A stretch of DNA of 20,430 nucleotides. Origin: Gemmatimonadaceae bacterium. Its GTDB lineage: Bacteria > Gemmatimonadota > Gemmatimonadetes > Gemmatimonadales > Gemmatimonadaceae. The notes below the pieces were generated by a model. The model did not search any database, was not told the origin of the DNA, and was given only the letters and a program-made list of their open reading frames with translations. Shown piece by piece: positions 1 through 6,118 of the stretch. The stretch spans positions 180,628 through 201,057 of the forward strand of contig JBGAJQ010000003.1 of NCBI GenBank assembly GCA_044224875.1, given 5' to 3'. How positions within the stretch are numbered: the stretch's first letter is position 1; each line of letters opens with the position of its first letter. The translations under genes were made by a program, and so were the position numbers.

Positions 1-2
1 TG

Positions 3-1217
3 GCCGTCGTGCGGGGAAGGGACACGCTCCTGCTGAAGCCATACGGATTCGCCGACCTGGAATTCGATGTACCAACGCCGAATGACGCCCTCTATGAAAT
101 CGGTTCGGTCACCAAGCAGTTTACCGCAGCGGCCATTCTGCAACTCCAGGAACAGGGAAAGCTCTCGCTGGCAGACGACATCACGAAGTTCTTGCCCGAC
201 TACCCGACGCAGGGGCACCACATCACGCTGCGACGGCTGATGGACCACACCTCCGGGATCAAGGGCTACACCGAGATGCCGGAGTTCGGTCGCTTGATGG
301 TCCAGCAGTTGCCGAAGGACTCCTTGGTGTCGCTCTTCAGCAAGCAGCCATTCGACTTTCCCACGGGTGACGCGCAGATCTACAACAACTCGGCCTTCTT
401 CCTGCTCGGCCTCGTCATCGAGAAGGTCAGCGGGGTCTCCTATGCCGACTATGTCGAGAAGCACTTGTTTGAGCCGGCGGGAATGAATCGCTCACGCTAC
501 TGCGATGAGCGGGCCATCCAGAAGGGACGGGCACACGGCTACGATGCCACCCCGGCAGGGCTCGTGGTGAAGGGATACCTCGACCAAACGTGGCCATACG
601 CGGCGGGTTCGCTCTGTTCGACGGCCGGCGACTTGATTGCGTGGAATCGCGCCCTGCACGGCGGACGCATCCTGTCCGCCGAGTCGTACCGAGAGCTCTC
701 CAGCCCGTCCAAGCTGAATGACGGCACTCCCCTGCAGTACGGGACAGGCATCGCGCTCACCAGCATCGCCGGCCATCGCGCCATACATCATGGTGGCGGG
801 ATCAATGGCTACCTCTCACAATCCGCGTACCTTCCCGACGACGATGTCATTGTCGTGGTTCTCATCAACACGGCGGGACCCGTGTCGGCCGATGATTTGG
901 CCGAGAAGCTCGTCGCGATGCTCCTGGGCGCGCGTGAGGTGAAGGGTGTGGAGCTGGATCACCCCATGTCGGACTATGAAGGGACCTACCGCGGCGCTGG
1001 GCGCGGAGCCACGGCGGTGGCGAAGATTTCGCGCGACAGCACCGGACGATTGCAGCTGTCGGTGGGAAGTGCGCCGGCCAGCCCCTATACGTACGTCGGA
1101 AACGAGACCTTCCAACGGAAGAGTAGCGTGCTCACGTTCAAGCGGGTTGCCGGGAAGGTGACGCAGTTGTCGATGGATCAGGGGTACGGCCACTATCTCC
1201 TGATGCGCGCACCGTAA
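3..1217 (+). CDS. Serine hydrolase, beta-lactamase/AmpC-like family, with C-terminal beta-rich extension; 5'-truncated by the window
   Basis: SxxK in IGSVTKQF, LMDHTSG, Y-x-N in YNNSAF, AAGSLCST, HHGGING. The frame is open to the window edge (GCC GTC GTG...), so the true start lies upstream. Confidence 0.9.
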   Translation, partial: AVVRGRDTLLLKPYGFADLEFDVPTPNDALYEIGSVTKQFTAAAILQLQEQGKLSLADDITKFLPDYPTQGHHITLRRLMDHTSGIKGYTEMPEFGRLMVQQLPKDSLVSLFSKQPFDFPTGDAQIYNNSAFFLLGLVIEKVSGVSYADYVEKHLFEPAGMNRSRYCDERAIQKGRAHGYDATPAGLVVKGYLDQTWPYAAGSLCSTAGDLIAWNRALHGGRILSAESYRELSSPSKLNDGTPLQYGTGIALTSIAGHRAIHHGGGINGYLSQSAYLPDDDVIVVVLINTAGPVSADDLAEKLVAMLLGAREVKGVELDHPMSDYEGTYRGAGRGATAVAKISRDSTGRLQLSVGSAPASPYTYVGNETFQRKSSVLTFKRVAGKVTQLSMDQGYGHYLLMRAP

Positions 1218-1243
1218 GACCACCATCTGCATAGGGAGTGGGT

Positions 1244-1525
1244 ATGACGTCGATCACGCGGCGATCGGCCCTCGGAGCGGCAGTGGCGCTCGTCGGCGGC
1301 ATCCTGACGTCGCCGGGCAGCGCAGACGCCATGGAACAGAAGGGAGGACTGCGGTTTGAGCTGTATCGGGATAGCCGCAAGGGCTTCCGCTGGCGTTTGA
1401 AGTCTGCCAACGGCCGCGTGTTGGCCACTGGCGGCGAAGCGTACAGCACCAGGTCGGCGTGCCGCGAGGCGATCGATCGCATACGGGAAGGGGCGAGCAG
1501 CGCCGAAGTCGACGACCAAACCTGA
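1244..1525 (+). CDS. YegP/DUF1508 (UPF0339) family protein with twin-arginine-like leader
   Basis: FELYRDSRKGFRWRLKSANGRVLATGGEAYSTRSAC..AI matches the DUF1508 pattern. SD AGGGAG at 1233-1238 precedes ATG 1244. Leader MTSITRRSALGAAVALVGG...ADA. Confidence 0.85.
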   Translation: MTSITRRSALGAAVALVGGILTSPGSADAMEQKGGLRFELYRDSRKGFRWRLKSANGRVLATGGEAYSTRSACREAIDRIREGASSAEVDDQT

Positions 1526-1530
1526 GAAGA

Positions 1531-1563
1531 CGGCCGCCGACCGACGCGCGGTCACGGCGGCCG
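1531..1563 (+). terminator. GC-rich hairpin after the yegP-like gene; possible terminator or mRNA-stabilising stem
   Basis: CGGCCGCCG (1531-1539) pairs with CGGCGGCCG (1555-1563), with inner ACCG/CGGT; 5 nt after the stop; no U-tract. Confidence 0.4.
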
Positions 1564-1616
1564 CGATCCATGCCGCCTGTCCCTTCAGCTCAAACATTCT
1601 TGCCACAGGGTGTGGA

Positions 1617-2756
1617 ATGATCACCAGACGAGACTTCCTGAAGACCGGCGCCATCGCGGGCGGCACACTGGCCGCCGCCAGCTCGCCGGTCGTGGCGCAA
1701 GTGGCGCGCGACCTCTCACGCCGCCGCACGGCCGCACCCCTGAATATTCTCATCTTCGGCGGCACGGGCTTCATTGGCCCGCATCTCGTGCGTGAGGCCA
1801 TCGCGCGCGGCCACAAAGTGGCAATTTTCTCCCGAGGCAGACGCGACGGCGGTCTCCCATCGAGCGTGGAACGACTGGTTGGCGACCGGCTGATCAACGA
1901 CACCATCCCGCAAGGCAACCTCAAGGCACTGGAAGGCCGCCGCTTCGATGCCGTGATCGACGATCCGGCGACCGACCCCCGCTGGGTGCGCCAATCCGCC
2001 ACGCTGCTCAAGGATTCCGGGTCCTACATGTTCGTCTCGTCCACGGGTGTCTTCTATCCGTACCTCACCAGCAACAACGACGAGAATGCACCGGTCCTAT
2101 TGATGCCGACGGACGGAAGTCCGCCGCAATACGGTAACCAGAAGGCCCAATGCGAGGCGATCGTCAAGGAAATCTTCGGGGACCGTGGCACGGTCGTTCG
2201 TCCGACGTACATCGTGGGTCCCGGCGATAACTCCGATCGCTTCTCCTACTGGCCGCAGCGATTTGCCCAGGGCGGAGAGATGCTCGTGCCGGGCAAGACG
2301 TCCGACCCCTCCCAGTTGATCGACGTCCGCGACCTCACCGCGTTCATGATGGACCTGGTAGAGCAACGGAAGGGTGGCATCTACAACGCCGCTGGGCCGC
2401 GCGAGCGCCTGTCCTTTGGCGAGTTTATCGACGTCGCCCACAAGACATTGAACCCCGATGCCAAGCTCGTGTGGATCGACGACTACGACTTCCTGAAGGA
2501 GAAGAAGATCACCTACGCGATTCCATGGATGATTCCCGAGGGCGACAACCAGTATCACCTCCAGATCAACAACAAGAAGGCGATTGCCGCGGGACTCAAG
2601 TTTCGCCCACTCGCCGAGACACTGCGCGATACGTTAGCCGCTTGGCCGGCACGTCTGGCGGAGCTGCAACCGGGCCAGAAGCCGAACTTCCGCTGGATCA
2701 CACCGGAGAAAGAAGCGCAGGTCCTCGCGGAGTGGCGCGCCCGAGGTCGTCGCTAA
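1617..2756 (+). CDS. NAD-dependent epimerase/dehydratase (extended/atypical SDR) with Tat signal
   Basis: MITRRDFLK Tat motif, Rossmann ILIFGGTGFIG, FVSS, YxxxK (YGNQK), VRPTYIVGP, IDVRDL, GIYNAAGP. Confidence 0.9.
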   Translation: MITRRDFLKTGAIAGGTLAAASSPVVAQVARDLSRRRTAAPLNILIFGGTGFIGPHLVREAIARGHKVAIFSRGRRDGGLPSSVERLVGDRLINDTIPQGNLKALEGRRFDAVIDDPATDPRWVRQSATLLKDSGSYMFVSSTGVFYPYLTSNNDENAPVLLMPTDGSPPQYGNQKAQCEAIVKEIFGDRGTVVRPTYIVGPGDNSDRFSYWPQRFAQGGEMLVPGKTSDPSQLIDVRDLTAFMMDLVEQRKGGIYNAAGPRERLSFGEFIDVAHKTLNPDAKLVWIDDYDFLKEKKITYAIPWMIPEGDNQYHLQINNKKAIAAGLKFRPLAETLRDTLAAWPARLAELQPGQKPNFRWITPEKEAQVLAEWRARGRR

Positions 2757-2758
2757 CA

Positions 2759-2806
2759 CCGGGCCGGCCCGCTCGGCGGCGACGCAATGCCCTGAGCTCG
2801 GCCCGG
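2759..2806. terminator. Imperfect hairpin between convergent genes
   Basis: CCGGGCCG (2759-2766) / CGGCCCGG (2799-2806), plus inner GCTCGG/CTGAGC; no U-tract. Confidence 0.35.
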
Positions 2807-2864
2807 GTACCACTTGACGCTCCGTCGCGCTCCAGCTCGAACAATGTCAGGTCGTCCGCGCTCG

Positions 2865-4097
2865 TCACGGATGCTGGGACGAACCACGCGACGGCCTCAC
2901 GAGGGGCACGAAGGTCCCGTCATCGATCTTCCCATTCGTCACGCGGTATAGCGTGATCCCGGATGGGAAGCTGATCCCGCCACCTTCACTTGGCCCGACC
3001 ACCGCTGCCGTTTGGAAGAAACGCGTCGGCACGCCATCGTACACGAGACGTTCACGGACGTGCATGTGCCCACCCAGCGCGATCGGATACCGCGAAAGCC
3101 CGATGGCGGTAATCACGTCCTTGGCGTTCGAGACCGAATGTCGAAAGTACGTCGTGCCACCCACGACGATGGACGTTGGAGCCGGCGGCGAATCCATGTA
3201 GCCATTGATCGTCTCCACGGCAGTGAAGAAGGGGATATGGTTGAAGGTGACGACCGGCATGGTGGCTGGAATCGTCGCCAGGTCCCGCTTTAGCCATTCG
3301 AGTTGCACGCGATCCACATGCCCGTAATACCACTGGTCGTCGACGTCTACACTGTTCAACCCGACGAAGTGCACTCCGCCGTAGGTGAACGAGTAGTAGT
3401 CCGGCCCGCGATAACGGCGATACATACCGCGCCCGTACAGCGGGTGTGACGCACTCACGTGCGACCGCTCACGTTCGATCCCGAAGTTCTCGTGATTCCC
3501 CGGCACCGTCCACACCGGGTTCCGGAACGCGGCCACCTCGCGCCCAAACAGCTCATAGTAGCCCGTCGCCTCGGCCTCTCCAACGCGCAAGGCATCGCGG
3601 ACGAGGTCACCGGTGATGATCACGAACGCCGGGTTGATCGAATCCGCCATGGCGCGAAAGCGTTGCATCCGCGCCACCACGGGCGGCGCCACGTGCGTGT
3701 CTGACCCATGAATGAACGTGAACCGCGTGACCTTCGGTATCGGCGCGAGTGCAAAGTCTTGGCTCCTGCTTGATGCGGGTGCGTGCCAAAATCCCCCGAT
3801 GGCGCGGTAGCCGTCCGGGACGGAAACAAAGACGATCCCGCTCCCGCCACCCGCTATCTGGTACCGGCCAGCGGCGTCGGTCAGCACCACCGCTTCCTGG
3901 TTTGACACGGCGACCCGAGGGATTCCGCGTTCACCCGGGTCGAGTTGGCCATTCCCGTTGCGGTCGGAAAACACGACGCCTGTCGCCTCGGTTGTTTGTG
4001 CTTGCGCCGCACAGGCAAGCCACAGGAGCGCCAACGCCAATACTCTGGGGGCCACGAGTTTCCCTCGGTTAGGTTTAGGAGCGCGTTCTCGCACCAT
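2865..4097 (-). CDS. Secreted calcineurin-like metallophosphoesterase with N-terminal SdrD-B/Cna-like domain
   Basis: Motifs SDTH, TGDLV, PGNHE, NHIP, GGHMH. Signal peptide LALALLWLACAAQA. N-domain GVVFSDRNGNGQLDPGERGIPRVAVSN..VLTDAAGRY. Exact start uncertain. Confidence 0.88.
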   Translation of the reverse strand: MVRERAPKPNRGKLVAPRVLALALLWLACAAQAQTTEATGVVFSDRNGNGQLDPGERGIPRVAVSNQEAVVLTDAAGRYQIAGGGSGIVFVSVPDGYRAIGGFWHAPASSRSQDFALAPIPKVTRFTFIHGSDTHVAPPVVARMQRFRAMADSINPAFVIITGDLVRDALRVGEAEATGYYELFGREVAAFRNPVWTVPGNHENFGIERERSHVSASHPLYGRGMYRRYRGPDYYSFTYGGVHFVGLNSVDVDDQWYYGHVDRVQLEWLKRDLATIPATMPVVTFNHIPFFTAVETINGYMDSPPAPTSIVVGGTTYFRHSVSNAKDVITAIGLSRYPIALGGHMHVRERLVYDGVPTRFFQTAAVVGPSEGGGISFPSGITLYRVTNGKIDDGTFVPLVRPSRGSSQHP

Positions 4098-4180
4098 TCA
4101 TAACGTGCCTAACCGCGCACGTGCAATGACGACTCGTCCCAGCCCGTCAGGGCGCCATACACCGCGAGTGTCGAACCGAT

Positions 4181-4633
4181 ATGAGACCGAGACACTACGG
4201 ACCGATCCTGATCGGCTTCGCCCTGGCCGCGAACGGATGCGCGAGCCCCAGCGATCCGATGCTGTTGGAGCGCGATCACGGGGTCATCTCGTTCCCGGAG
4301 CTGTCATCACTGCCATTCCTGAGCATAGGTCCCCCGCTTCGCGTTGGCGTCCCCACGATGATCGCCATAAGGACGCTCGGCAGCTCCACCTGCGCCCGCC
4401 CGGCCGGCATGGACGTTTCCTATACCTCGGCCGCAGTGACACTGACACCGTGGGTGCACGTGCCCGAGGCGGGCACTCCGTGCACGGACGACATCGCTTC
4501 GCATCGGCACGAAGCCATCGTCACGTTCTCCCGAGCGGGAACGAACCGGGTGACCGTCTACGGTTACAAGCGCGAACCCGGCGGCCAGCTCGTCTTGGGG
4601 ACGATCTCTGTCGACGTCACGGTCGACCCGTAG
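4181..4633 (+). CDS. Hypothetical lipoprotein
   Basis: Basic N-terminus, hydrophobic stretch and lipobox-like AANGC. Two further Cys (STCARP, TPCTDD); beta-strand-like pattern; fills the gap between neighbours. Confidence 0.65.
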   Translation: MRPRHYGPILIGFALAANGCASPSDPMLLERDHGVISFPELSSLPFLSIGPPLRVGVPTMIAIRTLGSSTCARPAGMDVSYTSAAVTLTPWVHVPEAGTPCTDDIASHRHEAIVTFSRAGTNRVTVYGYKREPGGQLVLGTISVDVTVDP

Positions 4634-4713
4634 CAGATCTGCCACCTCCCGCGTAGTCTGGGACGCGGCCCGCACCCGAAGGTCAAGCGCCGCGGCTCAC
4701 CTCAGGAGGTCGC

Positions 4714-5580
4714 GTGAGGCCCATCGTCTTCCTTGCAGTGGACGAACGCACGTCCTCACTCACCGCCGACGACCAGATCTTCGCGGACGCATTAGCACGC
4801 GCGGGACTCGCGCCGCAACCGCTGCGCTGGGGCGCGCTCGTGAACCCGGGATCCACGATCGTCATCCGTTCCACCTGGGACTATGTAGAGCGACCCGCGC
4901 ACTTCGCCCAGTGGTTGGATCATCTGGATGCGCAGCAGGCCATGGTGCTAAATGCCACAAAGACGCTGCGCTGGAGCATGCACAAGGGCTATCTGCGCGA
5001 TCTGGCGCTCGACGGCGTCGCTACCGTCGACACGGATGTCGTGCGGCGCGGCGAGTCGTGCTCACTCCGCGAGATTATGGAGCGCCGCCAATGGCGCGAT
5101 GTCGTGATCAAGCCGGCCGTCGGCGGAACCTCCCGCCTCACCGTGCATTACGACGAGATCGGGCACGAGGCGGCCAGCGAGCACTTGTTGAAGCTGCTAG
5201 CCAATGAAGACGTCGTCGTTCAGCCGTACCTCCCCTCGATCACCGACGTCGGAGAAATCTCCGTCATCGCGATCGGTGGCGACGTCCACATGGCGCTCGT
5301 CAAGACGGCCAAACCCGGAGAGTGGCGTGTTCAGGCGGACTTCGGTGGTACCTGCCAGCTGACCGCCCTGACCGGCGAGATCCGCAACGCGGCGGTTCAG
5401 GCCCTCGCCGCGGTGTCGCCCACTCCGGCCTACGCGCGTGTCGACTTGGTCCGCGGTGAGGACGGCATGCTTCAGCTGCTCGAGCTGGAGCTGGTGGAGC
5501 CTGAGCTCTTCTTCCGGCTCGATCCAACACTCGCCGAGCGGTTCGCGCGGCACCTCGCCAGCCGGTTGGGTGCTCGCTAG
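4714..5580 (+). CDS. ATP-grasp enzyme (RimK/glutathione synthetase-like family)
   Basis: VIRSTWDY, HKGYL, VIKPAVGG, VVQPY, GEIS, EWRVQADFGG, YARVDLV, LLELELVEPELF. SD AGGAGGT at 4704-4710 precedes the GTG. Confidence 0.88.
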   Translation: MRPIVFLAVDERTSSLTADDQIFADALARAGLAPQPLRWGALVNPGSTIVIRSTWDYVERPAHFAQWLDHLDAQQAMVLNATKTLRWSMHKGYLRDLALDGVATVDTDVVRRGESCSLREIMERRQWRDVVIKPAVGGTSRLTVHYDEIGHEAASEHLLKLLANEDVVVQPYLPSITDVGEISVIAIGGDVHMALVKTAKPGEWRVQADFGGTCQLTALTGEIRNAAVQALAAVSPTPAYARVDLVRGEDGMLQLLELELVEPELFFRLDPTLAERFARHLASRLGAR

Positions 5581-5719
5581 CCCGTCGGGGCAAGCTCCAT
5601 GAGTCGCAGCTCCGGAACGGCTTCGAGCATGGAAAGCCCGAGCGCCATGCTATAGCGCGCCTTCCAGGCGCCCCAAGTCGGCCTGCGAAACACGCTGAAA
5701 CCGCCGCCGGCGGCCGCCG

Positions 5720-5738
5720 TATGATCACTTTGATCATA
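5720..5738. promoter_or_regulatory. Perfect inverted repeat TATGATCA-CTT-TGATCATA; candidate PadR operator overlapping a -10-like TATGAT
   Basis: The 8-bp arms are exact reverse complements; AT-rich island in GC-rich DNA; its last base is the A of the padR ATG at 5738. Confidence 0.6.
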
Positions 5739-6118
5739 TGGCGCACTGGGCGCTCAACCCGCTGACCTGGCCACACACCGCCTCCACCATGCCGCTGAAA
5801 TCGGTCGAGCTCCATGTGTTGCTCGCGCTCTCTGAGCGTGAGATGCACGGCTATGGCCTCGTGCAGGCAATCGAGACCCAGTCCGACGGGGCGATCACGC
5901 TCGAGCCGGGGAATCTGTACCGCGTGCTCAAGCGGTTGCTGGCGATCGGGCTCGTGCAGGAGTCGGAGTATCGGGCAGCTGCCGATGCGGGCGAGGAGCG
6001 GCGCCGGTACTACCGGCTGACGGCGGCCGGCGCGCATGAGCTATCGCTGGAGCTGCGGCGCCTGCGCGCCGTCGTCAATTCGCCTGCGGCGCGTGCCCTC
6101 ACCAAGCGGTTTGCCTAG
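5738..6118 (+). CDS. PadR family transcriptional regulator
   Basis: HVLLALSEREMHGYGL, LEPGNLYRVLKRL, ERRRYYRLTAAG. Alternative in-frame ATG at 5789. Confidence 0.92.
   Translation: MAHWALNPLTWPHTASTMPLKSVELHVLLALSEREMHGYGLVQAIETQSDGAITLEPGNLYRVLKRLLAIGLVQESEYRAAADAGEERRRYYRLTAAGAHELSLELRRLRAVVNSPAARALTKRFA

Noticed and set aside
3..1217. Possible antibiotic-resistance beta-lactamase
   Set aside because: It has HHG rather than the AmpC KTG triad and a C-terminal extension; this fits the broad peptidase/esterase-like serine hydrolase group, so resistance cannot be claimed.
1603..1625. CCACA-GGG-TGTGG mini-palindrome and ATGATCAC, resembling a half-site of the padR palindrome, at the SDR start
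   Set aside because: Arms are only 5 bp; the half-site is explained by Met-Ile-Thr codons and has no partner arm.
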